From: Azolla caroliniana
Taxonomy: Eukaryota > Plantae > Polypodiophyta
Direction: 5' to 3'
Length of the DNA: 64,000 nt
Assembly: GCA_043228905.1 (NCBI GenBank)
Contig: JBHGNT010000007.1
Coordinates: 7,750,001 to 7,814,000, forward strand
Under the pieces are notes generated by a model. The model saw only the letters and a list, made by a program, of their open reading frames with translations, made no database searches and was not told where the DNA came from. This document shows positions 1-11,094 of this stretch, in pieces. Position 1 is the first letter of the stretch, and the number at the start of each line of letters is the position of its first letter. The position numbers were made by a program, and so were the translations under genes.

Positions 1-330
1 AGAGAGAGAGAGAGTTCAGAAGGCGGGGGTTCTCTGTGCGTAGGTTCTCGTCTGATGATCTTGCAGCGCCTTGGTGCTTCTGTGCTCCTGGGTTCGCGAA
101 AGTAGAGGGTCTCCACGCGCAGTGGTTTTTCTCTGTGCATTCTGGCGCCTTTTTCGAGTGTGTGCACGTTGTGTACTAAAATAGCATTATGTCATGTGGT
201 GGCGCTTAAATGCCCACTACGTACCTTTTCGCTCCTCGCTCTTTCGTCCATTCATACCTCGTTTTTGCATGATTACCTCGCTTTTATTTATTTATTTATT
301 TATTTATTTAAATTTTAATGTGGTGTGAGG

Positions 331-1887
331 TTAGTTGTCCGTTGGTCCTATCGGACCCTTACCGGCTTCATTATGGTTTGCTGTCGCCTCATTCTCCCCT
401 GTTATCGGCTTGCCGTCTCCTCCGTCTTGGTGGTTGCCGTTCCCCTCATAGGTTGCCATTTCCTCACCGGTGTCGGTCCTTTGCTCAAATGGGTTCTTAG
501 GCATCGGTCCTCTATATGGCTTCAATTGGAATCCGTTGACCCATTTGCCTAGCACTTCGCCGGCAAATGTCCCTAATTGGTAGGACCCATTATACTCACG
601 TGTTAGCCAATACGAACCAGTCCATCTAAACCGTAGTTTACCCAGCATCTTGCCCATCCGGGTTTGAAATACTAACACCGGCTTGCCGATTGTGAACATT
701 TTTTCATTTCCTTTCCTGTGCCGGTCGACGAATGCTTTCCGTCGCCGTTGTTCCAATTCTAAATGCAGGATGCTTGCCAGTCATTGTTCCTCGAGTTCAC
801 ACAACGCTGTTAACCGTATTGCCTCCGACTCCTTCTCGTTCAACCGTTCCCGTAGCTGGATCCGTAAGCTGGGTACTTGGAATTCCACCGGCATTACCGC
901 CTCTAGTCCAAATGCTAACCGGAACGGTGTTGTTCAGATGCTCGTTTTATATGTCGTCCAGTATGCCCAAAGCGCGCTATGTAGCTTGGTATCCCAATCC
1001 GTTCGGTTTTCGTTGACGATCTTCCGGAGGATATTCTGGAGCGTTTTGTTCGTCGATTCAGCTAACCCGTTTGCTTGCGGATAGTATGGTGTGCTCCGTT
1101 TATGGACAACGGCATAGAATGTCATCAGGCTTTCAATTACTTGGCCGAGAAAGTGCCCCCCTTGGTCGCTTATTAATTCGATTGGGCATCCGTAACGGCA
1201 CCAGATGTATTCGTATAGAAATTTTGCCATTGACGCAGCGGTGTTGTCTCTTTAGGCTTTGGCCTCCACCCATTTCGTGTAGTAATCCGTCGCGACAATG
1301 ACATACTGATTACCTGTTCTCATTGCCGGTGGTTTGAACGGTCCAGCAAAGTCCAGCCCCCACTTCTGGAATGGTTCGAGTGGTAGTACAGGCTGGTGTG
1401 GCATCCGAGCCTGCTCCGTTGGCTGGCCCATTCGCTGGCATAGGTCGCATTCTTTTGCGTACCGTACAACATCTCTTAATGTCGGCCACCATAGGCCACT
1501 TTGCCATATTTTCTTGGCCGTCGCATCTCCGGCATAGTGACCTCCGGTAACTCCGCAGTGGGCTTCCCTCAGTATGAGGTCCTTTTCATTGCTGTGCACA
1601 ACCCGTCTCCATATGCCGTCCGCGCCCTTGTGGTAAAGTGTGTCTTGCAGTAAGCAGAAATGTCAGCTTTGCACTGCCAGGCGTTTTCTTTCGTCTCGGT
1701 TCATCTCTTCCGGAGGCAGTCCTGTGCTCAGAAACTGGTGCATGTTTGTGAGCCACTTGTCTTCTTGTGCCACTGTCTCATCAGCTGCCGTTTCCGTAGT
1801 GACTGGAAATAGCTCCGCATCCGGAAACTCGTTCGCTACTCCGTCACCCGTCTTTCCGGACTTTAATCGGCTTAAGTAATCCGCCAC
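331..1887 (-). pseudogene. Gypsy A integrase (split by stops/frameshifts)
   Basis: HHCC zinc finger (EAHCG..GHY...CDLCQ), KWGLDF, ISDQG, STPYYPQANGLAE core, C-terminal KLRFRWTGSY (GPF/Y-like) motif. Confidence 0.9.
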
Positions 1888-1893
1888 GGCATG

Positions 1894-3554
1894 CTATATA
1901 CCGGGTCGGTGGAATATGTCAAACTCGAATTCCTGTAACAGTAAGGTCCACCGGGCCAACTTACCGGTGAGTGACGCCTTGGACACCAGGTAAAGGAGTG
2001 CCGAATGATCTACATGGAAGGAAAACTTCCTTCCCAATAAATAATGCCGAAACTTTGTCACACTGTAGATCATCCCTAGAGCTTCCCGTTCCGTGGTAGA
2101 GTAGTTTTGTTCCACTTGGGATAGCTTTCGGCTGGCATAGTACACTGGCTGGTACCACTTTGGCTCCGTAAGCTGCATCAATACGCTTCCGATTGCGATG
2201 TCGGAGGCGTCCACGAACACATGAAATTCTTTACTCCAATCCGGAGGCTGCACTACCGTTGCTTGCGACAATAGTACCTTGAGGGCCCTATAAACCCTAT
2301 CCTCGGTGTCGGTCCACTGGAATGGTGTCCGATGTACAGCGGCATGCAACGGTGTAGCCAGGTCGGCCAAGTATCGGAGCATCCGACTGTGCCACCGGAT
2401 CTGTCCTAAGAACCGGCTCAATGCCTTTGCCGTTGCCGGCGCCGATGCTTCTAATATGGCTTTCACCTTGTCCGGGTCGACTGCAATACATTCCTGGCTC
2501 ACAATATGTCCTAATAAGGTTCCATTGGACACGCCAAATACACACTTTGCCGAATTCAAGCGTAGCCGGTATGCTCTACACTTTTCGAGACAAAGACGGA
2601 GGTGCTGAAAATGGTCCTCCTCCCAGCTATAGACGGTGAAATCGTCAAGGAAAACCTGCATAAAAACCGGGATATATTCACCAAAGATTTCCATGATGAT
2701 TTGTTGAAATGTTGCCGGTGCGGTTTTGAGTCCGAACATCATCACCATGGCCACAAACACCCCCCATTCGGTGACGAAAGTCGTTTTCTCTTGATCGTCG
2801 GGGTGCATGCGGATCTGATTATACCCGCTGAATCCGTCTAGAAAGCTATAGACCTCATGGCCGGCGACGACATCCAACACTCCATCTGTGAACGGAAGTG
2901 GAAACGCATCCGTTACCGTAGCCGCATTGAGTTTCCGGTAGTCCACACAAACTCGAATTTTTCCGTTCTTCTTCGGTACGACTACGATGGGGCTCAGCCA
3001 TGTCGCTTTCTTTACCGGACGGATAAAGCCAACTCTTAGCAGTTTGTCGATTTCCTCCTTGACTTTGGCGGCATAATTGGGATTCATCCGATACCGTCTT
3101 TGTGCCACTGGTTTTGCGTCCTTGCTCTAGTGAATCTGATGCTGGTATAACTGAGGGTCGAGTCCTCACATGTCTTCGTATGACCAGGCGAACACGTCGC
3201 GAAATTCCGTGAGAAGTGTGATCATTGCCGTATTGTCTTCGGACTTCATCTCTTGGCGATGTGCACCGGTTTTGCTTCGTCTGTGGTCCCGAGGTTCACC
3301 TCTTCAAGTTGCGACGCTTTTACGCACTGTGAAACGGCCATTTCCCGTTCCAATGCTTCCTGCGCTTGTCGTAACTCTCGGATTGCGTCTTTATCCGGTT
3401 CTGCTTTAGTCTCTTCCGGCTGCGGTAAGTATGGTGCTACTGCTTCGGCAACGTCAATTTCGAAGAGAGGTACGATCTTCGGGTTTTCCGGCAAGTACTG
3501 AGCTTCTTCTTCATCAGCTAACCCTTCTAGCATGTTGACGCACTCTGCATACAA
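1894..3554 (-). pseudogene. Gypsy A reverse transcriptase-RNase H
   Basis: WLSPIVVVPKKNGKIRVCVDYRKLN, FLDGFSGYNQI, MFGLKTAP, VFLDDF, FVDASD, NYSTTEREAL; in-frame stops near 3112 and 1894. Confidence 0.93.
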
Positions 3555-3617
3555 CGGTGTACATTCCTTGCCAGTGCTCGTCCTTGGCTGTGTTGGTACC
3601 CGTACCTTGGCTTTTCC

Positions 3618-4238
3618 TCACCGGAAGGTAATTATATTTTTCCTCCAATTCTGCTTGATATGTGCCGTTTTCAACCACGGCTGCCCCAACAATAGCGGAT
3701 ATGCGCCTTGTGCATGTAATTGCAACACTACTGCCGAGATGTGAAATGTGTGACCGCCAACGGTGACTTCTAATTTTCGTATTAATCCTGTCGGCCGTAC
3801 TGAGCTTGTATCAGCCATCCGTAACCAGAACGGACACGGCTCCCACTCGTGGATTCCCAGGGCATCACACGTCCGGAGGCTTATTACATTCACCCCGGAA
3901 CCTCCATCTATAACTGTGCTGGGGAGTTCTTTCCCTTTTACAATGGCAGTGATTACCGGACTGTTGGTGTCCACCACCGTTGGTCCCTCCTCCGGATTTG
4001 AGAAGAGTACCGGTGCCGGTGATGATTCTCCTTCCGTCTTGGCAGTCTTCAGTCCTTCCGTGAATCTTGGCACGAGCTGTAGGAGTCTTCCTAGTGGCAG
4101 CGTAATCTGGCATTCTTGCAATGCCAGCCATGTCTCGTTCTCGGAGTGACTGCCGCCAGCAAGCCCTTCGGTATTCTCCTTTTGCCGCTGTAAGTCTGTG
4201 ACATTTTGCTCGTTTGCTTTTTTCACCCATTCCGTCAC
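3618..4238 (-). pseudogene. Gypsy A aspartic protease
   Basis: VIDGGSGVNVI active site and YPLLLGQPWL motif. Confidence 0.88.
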
Positions 4239-4256
4239 TTGCTTCCGGATGGTCTC

Positions 4257-6150
4257 CTATGTCTCCCATTCTTTGGCCATGCCCTTCGACCTGGTGGTCA
4301 CCTGTTGCAGATCTGCCACTTCAGGGACTACCATATTTACTGTCGGTCGTTTGTCATAGCTCTTCGCCGGACATTGATTACTATAATGGCCTTCCTGTCG
4401 GCAGTAGTAGCAGTAAGCTTTCCGGGTATTGCTGGATTCGGCATTGTCTGTTGTACCCGAGGCAGGTCCCGTGGTAAGCGCGGGGTTTTGGGCCGGTTGC
4501 TTGCTTGAAGCTCCTTGTTCCGGATCCCGTGGATAGCCGCCTTTTTTCAAATGCCATTTTTTGTTATAGTTCTTCTTATTGCGGTACTCTTGACGAGGTT
4601 GGTCGTTATATCTGCCATATTCCTCTCGTTGCTGACGATACCCGGGGGAGTGCTCCCGGTCGTAATGTTCATATCGTCTATTGTACTCCCGGTACCGATC
4701 ATATCTATCATGCCGGTCGTAGTTATCCCGCCGATCACTGTACCGGACATCATTCTCCCGTCGATCGCCATACCAGACCTCCTGTGCCAGTCGGCCGCGG
4801 TCCATTCGCCGCCAACGTTCCTCTTCTTCATCCCGGCTGCTGCGTGGCTCTATTTGTCGGACGGGCGGTGCTTGCCGGTTCAATAGATTATACTCGCACC
4901 TATCCGTCGTATGGCCCTTGGATTGACAGATTACACATTGTGTCCTCATAGTGCATTCTAGTGTCGAGTGTCCGGAATTCAAGCAGGTTGTGCACTGTAT
5001 TGCTTGCCGAAACCGGAGGTCTTCATCGGACGGTAACGCCTGTTGGAGTGCTCCTAGTGTGAGCCAAGAGCTTGTCTTTTCCATCTCTCTCACCCGGTCA
5101 ATGACCTGGTCGATGATACTTGTGTGGAAGTCAATTACCGTGCAAACCGTGCGTAGGGGTTCCCGCAGCGCATTTAGGAATATAGTCCGTAATTCCTCCT
5201 CCTGGGGTGCGTGGGCAAGCTGACTATGCATCCGTTGAAACCGGATGACAAACTGGGGAATGCTCTCCCCTGCCTCCTGTCGGATGGTATAAAATAAGCC
5301 CACCATTACTGTCTGGTCCACCTCCTTTTGAAAAAAATGCAAGAATTTAGCTTTTAAATCTGCGAAGGTGGTGATGGTAGACGGGTCCTACGTCCGGCGC
5401 CATCTCGCTGCCGGTCCTTCCAACAGGTTCCTCTTCCTCCGGGGTCAATCGCTGGGACACATGGTTGGCTTCCCATGTCTGTTCAAAGGCGTGAACATGA
5501 GCTTCCGCGTCCGGATCATCTCTATACTTGGAGTACTGGAACGACATGTTGTCGTCTGGTATTGGTGCGCGGGCTGGCAGTGTTGGTGGTCGTTCCTGGA
5601 TTTTCTCCGGCGTCGGTGGTCTTTCTTGATTTGTTTCCAGCGTTAGTTGTCTTTCCTCTTCTTTTGGTGACGGAGGCCTCTCCTCTTCGACTTCCGGTGT
5701 CGGAGGTCGCTCTTCCTCTGCTGGTTCCGAAGGTTCCAGCCTTAGCACTTCCAGTTCCGGTGTCGGTAAGGTGTCCGATCCTTCGTCCTCTGGTCCACCC
5801 GGGGTTTTGTTGTTGCTACGGTAGTTCGTGTGCACATTGTATTCCCCTTCGGAATCCGATTCATACGCTGAAAAGGCTTCTGCTTCGCCTTCTCCGTTTG
5901 CCAACGCCTAGAGAAGGGATTCGGTTTCCCAAAGGCTGCTTAGGCTGTTGCCGTCGTCCGGGTGCGATGTTTGCTGTAACCAGAGGGAGTCCTCCGCTAC
6001 TCTCTGGATTACGTTGGAAAACGAGCGATCCGCTCTAATTTCCTGCGCCGCTTGCTGGAAAGCCTCACGTCTCCTTTGCCTTTCGGCAAGGCGTCGAGTT
6101 TGATCTGTAACCAGGTCATGCGTTGATCTAGTCATCCATTTGTGCCGTCG
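4257..6150 (-). pseudogene. Gypsy A Gag with Pro/Glu-rich N-terminus and three CCHC knuckles
   Basis: Retrotrans_gag-like IRQEAGESIPQFVIRF; CTTCLNSGHSTLEC, CVICQSKGHTTDRC, CYYCRQEGHYSNQC; EERPPTPE-like repeats; frameshift near 5430. Confidence 0.85.
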
Positions 6151-6255
6151 TTCGCTGCAAAAACAAGAATCGTGGTCGCCAAAAACTGTGTTAACTCTTA
6201 GGGCCGGACAATGGCCTAACACAGGGTGTCTACGGAAGACACTTCACCAAAAGGG

Positions 6256-6625
6256 TGTTACGGCAAGAGGATTAGAATCAACAATTAATCCGACTTAATT
6301 AGGCTACTTAGTAAGATCGTCCTTAATAATCACACGCGTAAGATATAACAATGAATGCAGAACGGCAATTAACACAGAGAGATAAAAACACTAAGCTTTA
6401 TTAATTAACGGCTCCTCATTACATTGTATCCGGGCCTTTAAATAGGTTTCCGGTTTGTAGTACAAAACGGTGCCAACTGCACCTGTTCGGGATCGGTCGG
6501 ATCCGGAACGGCATACTGATTCTGGTCCGTCCGTCCACACTCATAGCTTACTTATAACCATTCCTAATAATTAACTAACTCCCCGTTTCACACTCTGGAC
6601 TCCTTTGTCGGCCGGGCCGGTAACA
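6256..6625 (-). repeat. 5' LTR of Gypsy A (370 bp)
   Basis: TGTTAC...GTAACA terminal inverted repeat; PBS-like TGGTGAA 6 nt downstream on the minus strand. Confidence 0.85.
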
Positions 6626-7534
6626 AAGAGTTCGCACTGACGAAGATCCACACGGCCGAGAATGGGTCAGATATGTTGACCAAAGTACTGATACCCGACA
6701 AGCTGGATGCATGTCGGAAGCGGATCAGATTAGTAAGACATCCCATGCTGGAGTGAAGGGGGAGTTTGTTAGGAAACAGGTCCCTCTGGATGGGAAGTAG
6801 GAAGACCTGATGAGAACCAGATGTGGTGTACCCGGCAACGGAAGACCCAGTGAGAACCGGATGTGGAGTACCCGGCAACGGAAGACCCGGTGAGAACCGG
6901 ATGTGGCGTACCCGACAACGGAAGACCCGGTGAGAACCGGATGTGGAGTACCCGGCAACGGAAGACCCGGTGAGAACCGGATGTGGCGTACTCGACAACG
7001 GAAGACCCGGTGAGAACCGGATGTGGAGTACCCGGCAACGGAAGACCCGGTGAGAACCGGATGTGGCAAGCCCGGTGAGAACCTCTCATCGGATGGAAGG
7101 GACATATGTGTAAATATGTTCCAGAGAGCCCATTGGGGCTATATTTGTAAATAGCCCGAAAGTCATATTAGTATAAATATGACCAAGAGCAAACTTAATA
7201 TGGAGACAGAGTTATTGGTGTAACTGTTGTACAATGCATAAGTGAGAGAGAGAGCGATATACAGAGATTGTGTCTCTGTTGTAACCGCCGCTAGGCGAAG
7301 ATTGTGAGCAAGAGGTCGTTTCCTTTGTGCCCCCTGTTGTATTCTTCTTACAGAGTGATAGTTTGGAGTCTGTGAACTCCCGTGGTTTTTCCCTCTCAGG
7401 GTTTTCCACGTTAACATCCTTTCTCTTTCTATTTTGTGTACTTACCTCTATTCCCATTTCATCTGTGTTTTGATTGTCATCAAGTGATCTACGCTTCGGT
7501 TGTGGCCGGAGATTAATCCGCGTATTACACGTCA
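6626..7534 (+). mobile_element. Copia-1 3' end (RNase H tail, PPT, 3' LTR 6767-7534); related to Copia D
   Basis: EFALTKIHTAENGSDMLTKVL matches Copia D at 34471-34600; PPT GAAGGGGGAG; LTR TGTT...GTCA aligns with the LTR at 22462. Confidence 0.88.
6801..7083 (+). repeat. 40-bp tandem array (~6.7 copies) in the Copia-1 LTR U3
   Basis: GAAGACCCGGTGAGAACCGGATGTGG(A/C)GTACCCG(G/A)CAACG repeated with exact 40-bp period. Confidence 0.97.
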
Positions 7535-8527
7535 GTAAGAAGCAGCCAAAAGTTGCCTTGTCGAGCATTGAGGCCCAATACCGAGGAGTGGTTATCGCGA
7601 CATGCAAAGCCATATGGCTAAAAATGCTTTTGACGGATCTGCGAGTGGAGGTGTCTGATCCAACGACGATCTATTGTGACAAGCTCAGCAACATCCAGTT
7701 GGCAAAAAACTCCGTCTTTCACGCCCGGACAAAGCACATCGAGGTGCACTACCATTTTGACCAAGACTGCGTTCTCTCTAGCGAAGGGGAACTGCTACAT
7801 GTTCTAACGGATCGATAGGTGGCCAATATCTTCACCAAACCTCTCGGTTTAGACAAGTTGTGGCAATTTTCCGGTGCACTAGGTGTGCAATACCTCGATA
7901 TGCCGACATTGAGGGGGAGGAATGAGGAAGAAGACCGAAAAGCCAAGTTGGAAACTGATTTCGATTTTGGCCCAACTGAAGAAGATAGAGTGCACAGGAT
8001 GGTTGCAGAAGCCAAGATCGGACGCAAGGGGAGCCACCGGAACGGAGAACCCAAGCTGAAGCCAACCGAAAAAGGAGGAGGCGAAGCCGGGAAGACCACG
8101 ACATGGACATGGTACGATGTGGTAAAGGGTTTGAAAATTGACGATGAGTTGGAGACAACCAATTCAGACAAGAGCTGGAAGAATCCGAGGTAGCCGATTC
8201 GGAAAAGGAGTTTGATTTGGAGGAGCCGAATCAACAGAAGTCAACACCGACACGAAGGAACCGACGGGTCGAGACGTGCCGAAGTCGCAACAGGGAAAGA
8301 GATGAGATGGGCCTTATGAGCAGACAAGCCGACCGACAAGGTCGAGGAGCGCGAAACCGAACGGGTTGAGGAAAGCAGAACTGGACCAGTCGAGGAGCGC
8401 GAGCAAGGCAGGAAGACGTTAGGTGGAGCCAGAGGAGAGGACCAACTACCACAGACAGAACGATCTGACCTCAAGTTGAGCTTGAGGGGGAGTGTTGAGT
8501 GGACAAGCTCAACTAGATCCGGATTGG
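7535..8527 (+). mobile_element. Copia-2 3' remnant (RNase H, long 3' extension, PPT, start of 3' LTR at 8493)
   Basis: SKKQPKVALSSIEAQY, IYCD, HARTKHIEVHYHF, ANIFTKPL; TTGAGGGGGAG directly before TGTTGAG. Confidence 0.82.
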
Positions 8528-8824
8528 TGATATAACATGGTATGGCTTCATTTGAACCTATGACCTTGTGTCACATGGGTTGAAGCCTTACCATTAAGAT
8601 ATACATTGTAATACAAAAAATATTATTGCATTATTTCACTTAGGAAGTCCATGTATATTCTAGATTTCTCTAGAACATTCTAGAAATGTCAAGAGTATTC
8701 CTAAGCCACTATAAAAAGAGGCACATGGCATTATTGAGAACCAAATCAGTTCAACGCCAATCTTAAGCCTCCTAGCTATTCCTGTATATTCTCTTCATAT
8801 AATATATATCTTTTGTTATCATCA
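8528..8824 (+). repeat. Putative 5' LTR of a Tcn1-like Gypsy
   Basis: TGATATAAC...GTTATCATCA imperfect terminal inverted repeat, TATAAAA near 8710, lies upstream of gag. Confidence 0.6.
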
Positions 8825-8832
8825 CACACACA

Positions 8833-8883
<51 letters not shown>
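8823..8883 (+). repeat. (CA)n(CT)n microsatellite
   Basis: Directly visible. Confidence 0.95.
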
Positions 8884-8886
<3 letters not shown>

Positions 8887-9018
8887 CTACACCCCTCTTA
8901 GTACTAATCCTCATCTTTTAGTACTAATTCTCTCTCTATCTTAGTACTATTCCTGACAGTTTGAACTGATTTTGTCATTCCTTTTATCGTCTTACTTATC
9001 CCTCCTTTCTCTAATACT

Positions 9019-10440
9019 ATGGCAGTTGTTAGCGCTCAAGAATATCAATCCATTTTCTCAGAGTTGCAATGCTTGAAAGAGAAGTTTCTCGCATTGGAAC
9101 AAGAAAATCAACGACTGTAGGGAGATCTTCAACAAATCTCCTTAGAAAAGTAATAAATGCAACAACAACATGGGGAATAGCGTTATACGTGCGGCAACTT
9201 GAAGCAACCATTGTAATGTTGCAACAACAAGGACCAAGTACGCAAGGGATTCATAAAGAACCCAAGATCGGCCTTCCTATGAAATTCAATGGAACGCGAT
9301 CACAGTTCAGAGGATTCCTTAATCAAGTACGATTAGTCATTAAAATGCATCCTTCCCGATATCCCACCAATGCATCACGAGTGGGTCTAATAGGCACGTT
9401 GCTAAGTGGCTCAACTTTGGCATGGTTCGCGCCTTTGTTAGCAAAAGGAATCTCCATTACTACATAATTTTGAGGAGTTTATAAGCGAGTTTAAAGCTTT
9501 TTTTGGAGATACTGATAGCATAAGGACGACAATCAACAAAATCCGACGATTACGTCAAGGCGATCATCTAGCCTCCGCATACGCTACAGATTTCCGTTTA
9601 CTTGCCTTCGATATCTCATGGGATGATCAAGCATTAATGGAACAATTTTGATTCAGAGGATTCCTTAATTAGGTACGATTAGTCATTAAAATGCATCCTT
9701 CCCGATATCCCGCCAATGCATCACGTGTGGATCTAGTAGGCACGTTGCTAAGTGGCTCAGCTTTGGCATGGTTCGCGCCTTTGTTAGAAAAAGGAATCTG
9801 CATTACCAAATAATTTTGAGGAGTTTATAAGCGAGTTTAGAGCTTTTTTTGGAGATACTGATAACATAAGGACGACAATCAACAAAATCCGACGATTATG
9901 TCAAGGCGATCATCTAGCCTCCGCATACACTGCAGATTTCCATTTACTCGCCTCTAATATCCCATGGGATGATCAAGCATTAATGGAACAATTTTGATAC
10001 GGCCTACGAAATGATGTCAAAGACTTACTCCTGACTTTCCCTGAAGAACCAAAATCGCTCACAGAGGCAATTAATCGAGCGGTAAGATGCGATAACTGGC
10101 TTTTTGAGTGACGTTTGGAACGCTAATTACAAATGTCAAGGACTAGGTCAGAGCCCACATACACCTCGGTTGCAACAAAACCATTGCAAGGGAGTCATAC
10201 AATGCATCTTCGGCAAATACTCCAACACCGATGGAAATCGACACCACACGTCGTCGTGGTCCATTGTCGGAAGAAGAAAAGCAACGAAGCCGAGCAAATC
10301 GATTATGTCTCTATTGCGTAGGGCTAGGGCATATCGTAGTAAATTGTCCACACAGGCCAAGAAGACAAGTAAATCAGGTAGTAGCTTGTACTAAACCCGA
10401 GTCTATTTTCATTAGAAATTTCTGATAGATCTAATAGTAT
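9019..10440 (+). pseudogene. Tcn1/sushi-like (PEG10-type) Gypsy gag, degenerate, with 346-bp internal tandem duplication
   Basis: KEPKIGLPMKFNGTRSQFRGFLNQ...LAWFAPLL; MEIDTTRRRGPLSEEEKQR..RLCLYCVGLGHIVVNCP; 9306-9651 repeated at 9652-9997. Confidence 0.85.
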
Positions 10441-11057
10441 TGTTAAGAATTAGGTAAGTAATTAAGCAAGGGTTAATTAGTACCTAATTATGTGATTAAG
10501 TTAAGCGGAAGATTAAGTGATATGTGTGTGAGAGGAAGAGAGAGAGGAAGTTACACTTATGAACAACACAAGATAGGGGATGAGTAACTATATTAAATTA
10601 GCATTATTATAATCATCATCATCATCATCATCAAATACAAAAATACCTACAATGAGGTATATATAGATCTCATGTGCAAGGGTGCACATGTGTGAGTATA
10701 ATATAGGTACAAAAGTGTAAGTCATATATTAAATGTACTTAGGAGTGGAGGATCTAGAATATCCCACTTAAGTACAAGGTCCTATTTAAGGCATTATAGT
10801 CAACACTGTTGGGGATATGTCCCTCCGGTGGGAGGAATCGACTGTTCGGAAATAGCCGATAGTCGACAGTCGAAGAGTTGACAACAGAGAGTCGATTGTT
10901 TAAACATATTATTATTATTGTTATAGTAATAATAATAGTAATGATATATAGCAGTGGCTACAATTGTAAATAGTCCATACGATGTATAAGTATAAATACA
11001 TCTAGGGCAAACATAGTAATTAGTGAAGACAATAGAAGTGTGCGTAATAGAGACGTG

Positions 11058-11058
<1 letters not shown>

Positions 11059-11094
<36 letters not shown>

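Larger units (their letters stand above)
1..6625 (-). mobile_element. Ty3/Gypsy LTR retrotransposon A (non-chromovirus, Phygy-like), degenerate; 3' LTR lies outside the window
   Basis: Order gag-PR-RT-RH-INT on the minus strand; 5' LTR 6256-6625 bounded by TGTTA...TAACA; inserted into a Copia RNase H sequence that resumes at 6626. Confidence 0.93.

Noticed and set aside
318-6038. Numerous plus-strand ORFs
   Set aside because: Antisense shadows of the GC-rich Gypsy A coding sequence with no recognisable motifs
6801-7083. CRISPR-like regular repeats
   Set aside because: Units are contiguous with no unique spacers, lie inside a Copia LTR in eukaryotic DNA, and no cas genes are present
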